Source of the DNA: an uncultured Bacteroidales bacterium
Lineage (GTDB): Bacteria; Bacteroidota; Bacteroidia; Bacteroidales; B18-G4
Direction of reading: 5' to 3'
DNA length: 64,000 nucleotides
Assembly: GCA_964404735.1 (NCBI GenBank)
Contig: CAYOLA010000067.1
Coordinates: 8,619 to 72,618, forward strand
Part shown: one piece after another, positions 1 through 8,837 of the stretch
Numbering within the stretch: the stretch's first letter is position 1
How the letters are laid out: every line of letters starts with the position of its first letter
The notes under the pieces: generated by a model
Database searches by the model: none
Seen by the model: the letters and a program-made list of their open reading frames with translations, nothing else
What the model was told of the DNA's origin: nothing
Program-made: the position numbers and the translations under genes

Positions 1-209
1 ACCGTGAGCTCAAAATCCTCGCTGTCGCGATCAAGCTTGCCTTCGATGAACCTGCTGATCTGCATACAGTCTTCAATGCGCAGGTCCCGGTCGCCATCAA
101 GGATCAGCTGTATCCGGTTGCCCGGCTTTACAATCACCCGTACGACGAACATATCCGTGCCTTCAAGCTGCTGCTGGGCCAGTTCGCGTATGTACCTTTC
201 CTTTATCAT
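1..209 (-). CDS. rimP: Ribosome maturation factor RimP, N-terminal part (3' end runs off the window)
   Basis: Absent from the ORF track because no stop lies in the window. Reverse complement from ATG at 209-207 reads MIKERYIRELAQQQLEGTDMFVVRVIVKPGNRIQLILDGDRDLRIEDCMQISRFIEGKLDRDSEDFELT, which fits the RimP N-domain pattern I recall (GTD.F.V.V...ISR.IE..LDRD.EDFEL). Confidence 0.7.
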   Translation of the reverse strand, partial: MIKERYIRELAQQQLEGTDMFVVRVIVKPGNRIQLILDGDRDLRIEDCMQISRFIEGKLDRDSEDFELT

Positions 210-215
210 TTTTCA

Positions 216-244
216 TCAACAAAAGAGGGGACATCGTCCCCTCT
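216..244 (-). terminator. Hairpin plus U-tract between tRNA-Gln and rimP (terminator, attenuator or processing site)
   Basis: Perfect 9-bp stem AGAGGGGAC (224-232) / GTCCCCTCT (236-244) with a 3-nt loop. On the minus strand TTTTGTTG follows directly. The T-tract ends only about 7 nt before the rimP ATG. Confidence 0.5.
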
Positions 245-262
245 CAAATTACCTTCTTCCGT

Positions 263-338
263 TGGTTGTCCGACCAGGGCTCGAACCTGGACTCTTCTGA
301 ACCAAAATCAGACGTGTTGCCAGTTACACCATCGGACA
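263..338 (-). tRNA. tRNA-Gln (anticodon UUG), CCA encoded
   Basis: Hand-folded cloverleaf on the minus strand. Acceptor is TGTCCGA/TCGGACA (U1-A72), with U8. D stem is GTGT/ACAC and D loop is AACTGGCA (A14, G18 G19, A21). Anticodon stem is TCTGA/TCAGA with loop TT-TTG-GT. Variable loop is 5 nt. T stem is CCAGG/CCTGG with T loop TTCGAGC. Discriminator is A, followed by CCA. Length 76 nt. Confidence 0.9.
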
Positions 339-367
339 ATAAAACCGTCCTTACGATTTTCGGACTG

Positions 368-375
368 CAAAGGTA
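368..375 (-). promoter_or_regulatory. Bacteroidota-type -7 box (TACCTTTG) upstream of tRNA-Gln
   Basis: Minus strand reads TACCTTTG, an exact match to TAnnTTTG, 30 nt upstream of the mature tRNA 5' end. No clean TTTG -33 element. Confidence 0.5.
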
Positions 376-550
376 TAAAAATTATTAATTCTAAAAAAAT
401 CCAGCCCTTTTTTATTCAAAAACAGGACTTTCGGGCAATTTTTTTTCCGTTGCCGCGCTTAAAAAATATTATTTACCGGCTGGCAGGGAATGCAATGGGG
501 CAAATTTCCTATTTTCGCTGTGGCAATTAAACTCTTTAAGAAACCTGCGC

Positions 551-3500
551 ATGGAAAAGCAATATAATAAACTAAACATGTATCTGGGATTTGGGGTGTT
601 TCTCATCGCAACCCTGGTTTATTTCCTTACCCTTGAACCTACTACAAGCTGGTGGGATTGCGGTGAGTATATTGCAACGGCCTACAAGCTGCAGGTTGGC
701 CACCCGCCGGGGGCGCCGCTCTTTCAGATGATCGGAAGGTTTTTTTCCTTGTTTGCGTTTGGCAGCACTGCACACGTGGCTCTGATGGTCAATGTAATGT
801 CGGCGCTCTGCAGCAGCCTCACAATAATGTTTCTTTTCTGGACCATTACCATGCTGGCACGCAAGCTGGTATCCGGAGAGGAGTTGCGTGCAAACAAGAT
901 GTTTGCCGTCCTGGGTAGCGGCCTTGTCGGCGCCCTGGCTTATACATTTACCGATTCGTTCTGGTTCTCTGCCGTCGAAGGAGAGGTGTACGCCATGTCT
1001 TCATTCTTTACAGCCATCACTTTCTGGGCCATCCTTCGCTGGGAAAGGGTTGCCAGTCAGGAACACGCCTTGCGCTGGATCATCCTTATCGCTTTCCTCA
1101 TCGGCCTTTCAATCGGGGTGCACATGCTTAACCTGCTGGCCATACCGGCCATCGCCTTTGTCTACTACTTCAAAAAATACAAGGCCGGCACCCGCGGCAT
1201 CATCCTCACCTTTGTCATTTCCGGGCTGCTGCTCGTTTTTATCATGAATGTTATCATCCCGGGCATTGTAAGCCTTTCTACGGCATTTGAGCTTTTCTTT
1301 GTCAATGGCATGGGCTTTCCGTTCAATTCCGGTACCCTGGTATATTTTATCCTGCTGATTGCCCTGATCGTTTTTGGATTATGGATCACCCATCAGTACA
1401 GGCGGGTGCTCCTGAACACCATCATCCTCTCTTTTCTTTTTATTCTCATCGGATATTCTTCTTTCTTCATGCTCATCATCCGCTCGAATGAAAATACTCC
1501 CATTGATGAAAACAGCCCCGAAGATGCCATCTCGCTGCTTTCTTACCTGAACAGAGAACAATATGGCGACTGGCCCAAGCTGTACGGTCAGTATTACACG
1601 GCTCCCATTGTTGACTACGGCGACGGTAGCCCGCTCTACATCAAGGACCGGGATGCGGGTAAGTATGTGATCACAGATTACCGGCGCGGCACCAAGCCCA
1701 TCTACGACAAGCGGTTCATGACCATTTTCCCGAGGATGTGGAGCAACCAGAAACCCGAACACAAGCGGATGTATAACCGCTATACGAATAATGCCACTAT
1801 CATAAATGTAGACGGGGAACCCCTGAAAAGGCCTTCATTCGGTGATAATCTTTCCTTCTTCCTTGATTATCAGATCGGGCATATGTATCTGCGCTATTTT
1901 ATGTGGAATTTTGTCGGAAGACAGAATGATATTGAAGCCCAGCCCGGTCCGGTCGACGGAAACTGGCTGAGCGGAATCCCCTTTATCGATAATGCCCGCC
2001 TGGGCAGCCAGAAAGACCTGCCGGCCAGCCTTGACAGTCCCGCCCGTAATAAATTCTACTTTCTGCCACTGCTCCTGGGGCTTGCCGGGCTGATCTTCCA
2101 TTTTCAGACTAACAGGCGCGATACGCTGGTGGTGGCTTTGTTGTTTCTCATGACCGGCATCGCCATTGTATTATACCTGAATCAATATCCTTATCAGCCC
2201 AGGGAAAGGGATTATGCCTATGCGGGATCCTTCTATGCCTTTGCCATGTGGATTGGTCTCGGGGTGATGGGCATTAGCCATTGGCTGAAAAAATACCTGG
2301 GCGAAAATAAAAACATTCCTATAGGGGTAACCCTTGTCTGCCTGCTACTGGTGCCGGGGATTATGGCCCGGGAGGGATGGGACGATCACGACCGCTCAGG
2401 CAAATATGCCGCCCGCGATTTCGGGATGAACTACCTCGCCTCCTGCGATCCGCATGCCGTGCTCATCACCAATGGCGATAACGACACTTTCCCATTATGG
2501 TACGCACAGGAGGTGGAAGGCTTTCGTACCGATATCCGGGTGGTAAATTATATGCTTTCCTCAGGTTACTGGTATGTGCACCAGCTGGCGCGAAAGGTAT
2601 ATGATTCCGAACCGATCCCCCTTACCTTAACCCACGATCAGTACGAAAAGGGAAGAAATCAGTATATCATGTACGTCGACAGGGGACTGAAAGATCATGT
2701 GGAATTGAAAGACCTGATCAACTTCATTGCCAGCGAGGATGATCGGACCAAACTTCCGCTCACCACAGGCGAGAAGATCAACTATATGCCGACAAAGAAA
2801 GTCAGGTTAACAGTCGATTCGGCCCGCTGTGTCGACAACGGGATCGTCCCGCCTGAAATGGCCCACCTCATCGTTCCTTATATCGAATGGGAGATCAGGC
2901 AAAATGCCTTGTATAAAAATGACCTGATGCTGCTCGATTTTCTGGCTACCAACAACTGGGAACGGCCATTATACCTGGCCAACCCCGGTTCGCTCGAGAA
3001 GGTTGTTAACATCGATGAGTATTGCCACCTCGAAGGAAATGTGTACAAGTTCATGCCTGTGAAGGCCCGCGACTATATCCGGCAACTCGGCGGTGTGAAT
3101 GCCGGGAAATCATATGATATCGTGATGAATAAATTCCGCTGGGGTAACATCAACGACCCGTCAGTGACCGTTGACCGTGAAAGTTACAGGCATGCCAGGA
3201 TACTGAAACAAAACTTCCTGCGTATTGCCCAAAGCCTGCTGTTTGAAGGGAAATCCGGCCAGGCTGCCGAAATACTGGACACATGCCTGCATTACTTCCC
3301 CCACAACAAGATCCATTATGACATCATCATGATGCCGTTTATAGAGATCTATTATGATGCCGGAAAACTTGAAAGGGCCGTGGAAGAAACCCGCCTGATG
3401 ATGAAGGTTTGCGATGAACAACTGGCCTATTTCACCTCCCTCGATCCCACTTTCGCCGGTATCTATTACGCTACGGAAATTGGCCAGAACCTGGCCGTTA

Positions 3501-3616
3501 TGCAACGGATGTCAGAAGTGGCTGAGGCAAGCGGGCAGGACGAACTCGCCGCTGAATTACAGGAAATATACCAGCAGTATCTGCCTGATGCACAGAGAAT
3601 TCTGAACAGGCCTTGA
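551..3616 (+). CDS. DUF2723/TMEM260-like GT-C-fold membrane glycosyltransferase (putative)
   Basis: 1021-aa ORF. The N-terminal ~600 aa hold more than 10 hydrophobic helices and open with TLEPTTSWWDCGEYIATAYKLQVGHPPGAPLF, which I recognise as the DUF2723 N-terminal signature. The C-terminal ~350 aa are soluble and look helical-repeat-like. Confidence 0.7.
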   Translation: MEKQYNKLNMYLGFGVFLIATLVYFLTLEPTTSWWDCGEYIATAYKLQVGHPPGAPLFQMIGRFFSLFAFGSTAHVALMVNVMSALCSSLTIMFLFWTITMLARKLVSGEELRANKMFAVLGSGLVGALAYTFTDSFWFSAVEGEVYAMSSFFTAITFWAILRWERVASQEHALRWIILIAFLIGLSIGVHMLNLLAIPAIAFVYYFKKYKAGTRGIILTFVISGLLLVFIMNVIIPGIVSLSTAFELFFVNGMGFPFNSGTLVYFILLIALIVFGLWITHQYRRVLLNTIILSFLFILIGYSSFFMLIIRSNENTPIDENSPEDAISLLSYLNREQYGDWPKLYGQYYTAPIVDYGDGSPLYIKDRDAGKYVITDYRRGTKPIYDKRFMTIFPRMWSNQKPEHKRMYNRYTNNATIINVDGEPLKRPSFGDNLSFFLDYQIGHMYLRYFMWNFVGRQNDIEAQPGPVDGNWLSGIPFIDNARLGSQKDLPASLDSPARNKFYFLPLLLGLAGLIFHFQTNRRDTLVVALLFLMTGIAIVLYLNQYPYQPRERDYAYAGSFYAFAMWIGLGVMGISHWLKKYLGENKNIPIGVTLVCLLLVPGIMAREGWDDHDRSGKYAARDFGMNYLASCDPHAVLITNGDNDTFPLWYAQEVEGFRTDIRVVNYMLSSGYWYVHQLARKVYDSEPIPLTLTHDQYEKGRNQYIMYVDRGLKDHVELKDLINFIASEDDRTKLPLTTGEKINYMPTKKVRLTVDSARCVDNGIVPPEMAHLIVPYIEWEIRQNALYKNDLMLLDFLATNNWERPLYLANPGSLEKVVNIDEYCHLEGNVYKFMPVKARDYIRQLGGVNAGKSYDIVMNKFRWGNINDPSVTVDRESYRHARILKQNFLRIAQSLLFEGKSGQAAEILDTCLHYFPHNKIHYDIIMMPFIEIYYDAGKLERAVEETRLMMKVCDEQLAYFTSLDPTFAGIYYATEIGQNLAVMQRMSEVAEASGQDELAAELQEIYQQYLPDAQRILNRP

Positions 3617-3665
3617 TAGAAACCTCTTATTGGTATGGCATTGGTTTAATGCTGCCTTAACGGGC

Positions 3666-4565
3666 TTATTCAGTATTCCTGACTGTTTTGGGCCGGTTTT
3701 TATGATTATCTGTCCCCCGATCTTTGCTGCGATTGATGATGAAAAGGGTCACAACACCCAGCAGCACAAAGGGTATGCTGAGAATCTGCCCCATATTCAG
3801 CATCATATCCTGTTCGAAGCCAACCTGCGGTTCTTTGATGAACTCAATAAGGAACCGGAAAAAGAAGACCAGGATCATAAACATGGCAAAGAGATAGCCG
3901 GGTTTGGGATGCCCCTTCTTCTTCAGGTACACAAACCATAGGAAGAGAAAGATCCCGAAGTAAACGAGCGCTTCGTAGATCTGTGTTGGATGCTTGGGGA
4001 CCAGTGATGGGTCGCTCCTGACAAAAATAAAACCCCATGGCAGGCTGGTCTCATTCCCATAGATCTCCGAATTCATGAGGTTGCCCGTTCGGATAAATGC
4101 GCCCGCCAATGCCACTACGATGCAAATCCGGTCGAAAATCCAGATAAATGGTTTTTTATACTTTTTCGAGAATAACAGCATGGCGATGATGATGGCAATG
4201 CCTGCCCCGTGACTGGCCAGGCCGCCTTCCCATATCTTTAATATATCCAGGGGGTTGCGCAGGTATTCGGCGGGCTCGTAAAAAAGTATGTGCCCGAGCC
4301 TGGCCCCGATGATGGTCGCAACGATCATATATACGGCGAGCTGGTCAAGTACTTTCAGCGGAACACCTTCTTTTTTAAAGATCTTTTGCATGATGATATA
4401 ACCAACCACAAAGCCAAGGGCGAAAAGTAGCCCGTACCAGCGGGGCGCAATGATGCCCAGACCGGGTATGTTAAGTTCAAAGATTTCCGGTGCAGGATTC
4501 CAGGTGATGAAATTGAAGATCATGGGAGCGTTTTTTTTATACAACAAAGATATAAGAATATCCAA
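3666..4565 (-). CDS. lgt: Prolipoprotein diacylglyceryl transferase
   Basis: Polytopic membrane ORF with the Lgt motifs RWYGLLFALGF, GARLGH and HPTQIYEAL. An alternative start exists at ATG 4523 (MIFNFITWNP...). Confidence 0.9.
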   Translation of the reverse strand: MDILISLLYKKNAPMIFNFITWNPAPEIFELNIPGLGIIAPRWYGLLFALGFVVGYIIMQKIFKKEGVPLKVLDQLAVYMIVATIIGARLGHILFYEPAEYLRNPLDILKIWEGGLASHGAGIAIIIAMLLFSKKYKKPFIWIFDRICIVVALAGAFIRTGNLMNSEIYGNETSLPWGFIFVRSDPSLVPKHPTQIYEALVYFGIFLFLWFVYLKKKGHPKPGYLFAMFMILVFFFRFLIEFIKEPQVGFEQDMMLNMGQILSIPFVLLGVVTLFIINRSKDRGTDNHKNRPKTVRNTE

Positions 4566-4568
4566 AGA

Positions 4569-5654
4569 TTAACCAGCACCTTGTAAAAGTGTATCGATCC
4601 TTTGATGCAGGACAGCCTGGTCATTTTCCATCCTGATGCCGGGATAATTCCGTGCTGCCTGAAATATTCTTGCGATGCTGAGTTCTTTTTGCGAAACGCT
4701 GTAATAATTGCGTTTGGCCATATGATAGGAGGCAAGGTATTCCTGTTCGGTTTGCCCCGGCGTGGGAACCAGGACAGCCCTGCTGCCTGTGGCCGCCAGA
4801 TCCATGATGCTTGAGTAGCCTGAGCGGCACAGGATCAGTTCCGACGACATGATGGCTTCCTGCATCATTTCCGTGTCCATATGGGGGCATATGGTAATGT
4901 TGCCACGCTGTTCGGCCTCCATGGCCTTTCCCGGTTTTCCAAGCAGAACCAGTGCCCTTATGCCGGTTTCGCTGAGTTGCCGGATCACCATGGATTCAAA
5001 GATGCTTCGCTGGGGTTCGGGGCCGCTGATGATGGCCGTCAGCTCGTAGGTCTTTGATGTCTTTCCCCTGCGGCTTGTGAACCTCGACTGTGGCCCGATA
5101 AAATATGCAGGGATCCGGGCAGGGCGCTGATGGGCAAGGTCACCGGCCAGCGAGTACGGCCCCTCCGTGTCGGGGATCCAGCATTCGTCAAAATGTTTGA
5201 TGAAACGGCCGTGCAAGCGGTAGAGCAGGCCGCCGGTAAAAGACAGCGGAGCCGGTGCCCTGGCTGCAAGCTGATGCGTGATATAAATGGAGGGGATCCT
5301 TTTTGACCATAAGCCAAAACGATTGTCGGAGATCACCGCATCAAGCCTGTACCTGTCAATAAGGTCGTCCAGCAAACGATGTTCCTTGCGGATCGAGCGC
5401 AGGATTGCCGGCGACTGTTTCATCATATGCCATGCCAAGCTGCCCCCGGCAGGATAAGTGATGCGGTATTCATTGAGCGGCAGTATTTCCAGCCCGGGAA
5501 ACTCCTTCTGCAGAAAAGATGCCCCGGCACCCGAGGCGGCAGGGATCACGTTTACACCCTTTTCGGTCAGGATCCTGATCAGGGGTACGCAACGGCTTGC
5601 ATGCCCAAGCCCCCAATCAAGCGGCCCTGTAAGAATGTTGAAATCTTTTTTCAT
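4569..5654 (-). CDS. GT-B fold glycosyltransferase (GT1/GT28, MurG-like superfamily)
   Basis: 361 aa. N-terminal Gly-rich motif GPLDWGLGHASRC, and a C-terminal nucleotide-sugar half (LILCRSGYSSIMDLAATG...PTPGQTEQEYLA). It lies 3 nt upstream of lgt on the same strand. Confidence 0.6.
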   Translation of the reverse strand: MKKDFNILTGPLDWGLGHASRCVPLIRILTEKGVNVIPAASGAGASFLQKEFPGLEILPLNEYRITYPAGGSLAWHMMKQSPAILRSIRKEHRLLDDLIDRYRLDAVISDNRFGLWSKRIPSIYITHQLAARAPAPLSFTGGLLYRLHGRFIKHFDECWIPDTEGPYSLAGDLAHQRPARIPAYFIGPQSRFTSRRGKTSKTYELTAIISGPEPQRSIFESMVIRQLSETGIRALVLLGKPGKAMEAEQRGNITICPHMDTEMMQEAIMSSELILCRSGYSSIMDLAATGSRAVLVPTPGQTEQEYLASYHMAKRNYYSVSQKELSIARIFQAARNYPGIRMENDQAVLHQRIDTLLQGAG

Positions 5655-5785
5655 TTTTTACCGCATCTTTTTTTAAAAATACTGCGACATTTTCGGAAAA
5701 CGGATATTAATATACAGGGGGATGCCATCAAGCCTGTAAAAAATATGTATCCCTTAACAAAGGTAAACAGAAACCAGACCCGCTT

Positions 5786-6898
5786 ATGAAAACGAAGGAT
5801 GAAAATTTACTTTATTGCATTGCCATAACACTGATACCAAATATTGGCCATGTGAATGCGAAAAAGCTGATTGCCTGGTGCGGCGATCCGAAGGCAGTTT
5901 TCCGTGAACCACGTTCACACCTGGCCAAAATCCCGGGCGTTGCGCGCCTTTTAAGCCAGGACATAAGCTTTAAGGGGTTGCTCGACAGGGCTGAGAAGGA
6001 AGTGAAATTTATTGTCAACAATCGGATCATTCCATTCTATTATTATGAGGATGATTATCCTTCGCGGCTACGCCATTGCGCCGACAGCCCGCTGATGTTG
6101 TATTTTAAGGGAAATGCAAGCCTGAAAGGAAAAAAGGCGCTGGCGGTGGTAGGCACCCGGAAATCCACTCCTTATGGACGTATGATGTGCGAGGAGATCA
6201 TCGAAGGGTTTCGCAATGACGATATCGACATCATCAGCGGTATGGCTTATGGCATTGATTCCTGTGCCCACCGAAAAGCCTTGTCGGCCGATCTGCATAC
6301 AATCGGGGTGCTGGCCCATGGCCTCGACCGCATCTATCCCTGGGAGAACAGACGGATGGCTGCACGCATGATCAGCCAGGGAGGTCTGATCACGGAATTC
6401 CTGAGCGGCTCAGTGCCTGACAGGGAAAACTTCCCGAAACGCAACCGCATCATTGCCGGCCTTTCCGATGCCGTGCTGGTGGTTGAATCAGCGACAAAAG
6501 GCGGTGCCATCATTACTGCTGACATCGCCAATTCATATAACCGGGATGTATTTGCCGTTCCCGGCAGGGTAAATGATGAATATTCCGATGGATGCCACCT
6601 GCTGATCAGGCGTAATGTGGCGGCATTGGCCAGATCAGCAGCTGATATACGCTATTCGATGGGCTGGGCCGAAACAGGCCTGCGGCGGAAGAACCTGGCC
6701 GAACGTTTTGCCCGCTATGGACCCGAAGAAAAAAAAGTGCTGTCGGTGATCATGGAAAAAAACAGGGCTTCCGTCGACGATATCGTGATCATCGCAGGCC
6801 TCGGGGCATCCAAAACTGCAGGGGTGCTGCTGAAACTTGAGTTTGAAGGAGCCATCACAGGCCTGCCGGGCAAGATGTACGAGATCAGGGGATGGTAA
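5786..6898 (+). CDS. dprA: DNA-processing protein DprA
   Basis: DprA Rossmann-like core: ALAVVGTRKSTPYG, IISGMAYGIDSCAHRKAL, RNRIIAGLSDAVLVVESATKGGAIITA. A winged-helix-like C-terminal tail follows. Confidence 0.9.
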   Translation: MKTKDENLLYCIAITLIPNIGHVNAKKLIAWCGDPKAVFREPRSHLAKIPGVARLLSQDISFKGLLDRAEKEVKFIVNNRIIPFYYYEDDYPSRLRHCADSPLMLYFKGNASLKGKKALAVVGTRKSTPYGRMMCEEIIEGFRNDDIDIISGMAYGIDSCAHRKALSADLHTIGVLAHGLDRIYPWENRRMAARMISQGGLITEFLSGSVPDRENFPKRNRIIAGLSDAVLVVESATKGGAIITADIANSYNRDVFAVPGRVNDEYSDGCHLLIRRNVAALARSAADIRYSMGWAETGLRRKNLAERFARYGPEEKKVLSVIMEKNRASVDDIVIIAGLGASKTAGVLLKLEFEGAITGLPGKMYEIRGW

Positions 6899-6945
6899 GA
6901 ATGAATGATGTACCTTTGCATATTGTCAAACAGAATAAATATTTC

Positions 6946-7215
6946 ATGGCAAAAGTGAATATTGAACAGCTCGGCAAGGAAGAAATTGAAGAACGCCGGA
7001 TAAAAAGCTGGCCCCTATGGGAAAAGGAAGTGTCGCGTTTCGACTGGACTTACGATGCCGATGAAGAATGCTATATCCTGGAAGGGGAAGTGGAAGTGCA
7101 AACATCCGAAGGGAATTATCAGATGCGTCCCGGCGATTTCGTTACATTCAACCGGGGACTCAACTGCGTCTGGGATATTAAAAAAAGTATTCGTAAAAAT
7201 TACCGTTTCACATAA
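6946..7215 (+). CDS. Small cupin-domain protein (cupin_3/DUF861-like)
   Basis: Pattern WPLWEKEVSRFDWTYDADEECYILEGEVEV...GDFVTF. Start placed at ATG 6946 (MAKVNIEQL). The track ORF begins at 6892 and would overlap the dprA stop. Confidence 0.7.
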   Translation: MAKVNIEQLGKEEIEERRIKSWPLWEKEVSRFDWTYDADEECYILEGEVEVQTSEGNYQMRPGDFVTFNRGLNCVWDIKKSIRKNYRFT

Positions 7216-7225
7216 GCCCTGCAAA

Positions 7226-8140
7226 GTGAAGGGAATCGTTACCAAATCTACCGGAAGCTGGTATACCGTCATGGATGGTGACGGCCGTGAAACCGACTGC
7301 CGCCTGAAAGGAAAGTTCAAACTGGCCGGAAGTAAATCGACAAACCCGCTGGCAGTTGGCGATCATGTCGAATTTTTGATGCAGCCTGAGGAAGATACCG
7401 GGCTGATCACTGCCATAAGTCCAAGAAAAAACTACATCATCCGCAAGGCTACCAAACTTTCGAAGGTTTCACATGTCCTTGCTGCAAACCTCGATCAGGC
7501 CATGATCATTGCTACCCTGGCCGAACCACGGACTTCAACGGGTTTCATCGACCGATTCCTGATCACGGCTGAAGCATATCACATCCCTGCCGCCGTTTTC
7601 TTTAACAAAACAGATCTCTATAACGAAGGCCAGATGGAAGAACTCAGGGATCTTGAAGATATTTACCGCCGAGCCGGTTATATTACACACAGTGTCTCGG
7701 CCCGGAGCGGACAGGGTCTCGGGCGTTTCCGTGAAGTGCTCAATGATCGTGTTACCCTCATTGCCGGGCATTCGGGGGTCGGCAAGTCAACCCTGATCAA
7801 CTGCATCGAGCCTTCCCTCGACCTGAAAGTGAAGCCCATCAGCAAAGCGCATAAGAAAGGATTGCACACCACCACTTTTGCCAGGATGTTCCGTTTGTCA
7901 TTCGGGGCTTTCATTATTGATACGCCCGGGATCAAGGAGTTTGGTCTATACGAACTCGACCGGGCCACCCTGGCCGAAAGATATCCGGAAATGCGCGCCC
8001 TGATGCACCAATGCCGTTATGCAAATTGCACCCACCTGCATGAACCCGGCTGTGCGGTTAAAAAAGCTGTGGCAGAAGGTGCAATCAGTGAATCAAGATA
8101 CGATGGATACCTCCGCATTATGGCGGGTGAAATCCTGTAA
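7226..8140 (+). CDS. rsgA: Ribosome small-subunit-dependent GTPase A
   Basis: OB-fold N-terminus KGIVTKSTGSWYTV. Circularly permuted GTPase motifs NKTDL, GHSGVGKST and DTPG. Zn-finger CRYANCTHLHEPGC. Start set at in-frame GTG 7226 because the track start (7055) lies inside the cupin gene. Confidence 0.85.
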   Translation: MKGIVTKSTGSWYTVMDGDGRETDCRLKGKFKLAGSKSTNPLAVGDHVEFLMQPEEDTGLITAISPRKNYIIRKATKLSKVSHVLAANLDQAMIIATLAEPRTSTGFIDRFLITAEAYHIPAAVFFNKTDLYNEGQMEELRDLEDIYRRAGYITHSVSARSGQGLGRFREVLNDRVTLIAGHSGVGKSTLINCIEPSLDLKVKPISKAHKKGLHTTTFARMFRLSFGAFIIDTPGIKEFGLYELDRATLAERYPEMRALMHQCRYANCTHLHEPGCAVKKAVAEGAISESRYDGYLRIMAGEIL

Positions 8141-8151
8141 AACCAAACAAT

Positions 8152-8814
8152 ATGACAGCAGTTGAACTGATAAGCGATATCATTGTCCCGCTGAGGACTT
8201 CCGACGCAGTTGGCACGGCATTCAGCCTGATGGCGGAGTTAAAGGTTTCACATCTTCCCGTGGTGAACAACCTGTCTTACCTCGCTCTTTTGTCCGAATC
8301 GGACCTGGAAGCCGGAATAAAGGATAAAACCCCGGTGGGGGATGTTAAACTGACCCTGTCGCGGCCCATGGTGAGCGGTAACCAGCATATCTACGACGTG
8401 ATCAGGATGATGAGCGAACATAAACTGAGTGTCCTTCCAGTAGTGGATGATGACGAAAACTACCTGGGAGCCGTGAGCCTGCAAAGCCTTACGGCCGGCC
8501 TGGCCGGTATGTCGGCCGTTTTTCAGCCGGGTACGGTGGTTATCCTTGAAATGAGCCAGAACAACTATAGCCTATCGCAAATCGCACAGATTGTCGAATC
8601 AAACGATGCCCGCGTGCTGAGCCTTTATCTCTCCCCACAATCCGATTCCACCATGCTGGAAGTCATACTGAAAGTCAATAAAACGGATGTAACCAACATC
8701 ATCAGTACTTTTAACCGCTATGACTATATCATTAAGGCATCATACGGGGAGGATACGGATCCGGCTGATCTGAAAGACCGCTATGATTCCCTGATGAATT
8801 ATCTCAATGTGTGA
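8152..8814 (+). CDS. CBS-domain pair protein
   Basis: Two CBS-like repeats (VSHLPVVNN..., HKLSVLPVVDDDENYLGAV) followed by an ACT-like C-terminal part. Function unknown. Confidence 0.7.
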   Translation: MTAVELISDIIVPLRTSDAVGTAFSLMAELKVSHLPVVNNLSYLALLSESDLEAGIKDKTPVGDVKLTLSRPMVSGNQHIYDVIRMMSEHKLSVLPVVDDDENYLGAVSLQSLTAGLAGMSAVFQPGTVVILEMSQNNYSLSQIAQIVESNDARVLSLYLSPQSDSTMLEVILKVNKTDVTNIISTFNRYDYIIKASYGEDTDPADLKDRYDSLMNYLNV

Positions 8815-8837
8815 TCTTCCTTTATGAACCGCCATTG

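Noticed and set aside
4-300. 98-aa plus-strand ORF at the window start
   Set aside because: It is antisense to the well-supported rimP N-terminus and runs through the tRNA-Gln gene. Its Ser/Arg-rich composition is typical of an antisense frame.
7055-7225. N-terminal 57-aa extension of rsgA in the ORF track
   Set aside because: It overlaps the cupin gene in another frame. The conserved RsgA N-terminus (KGIVTKSTGSWYTV) begins at the in-frame GTG at 7226, just after the cupin stop.
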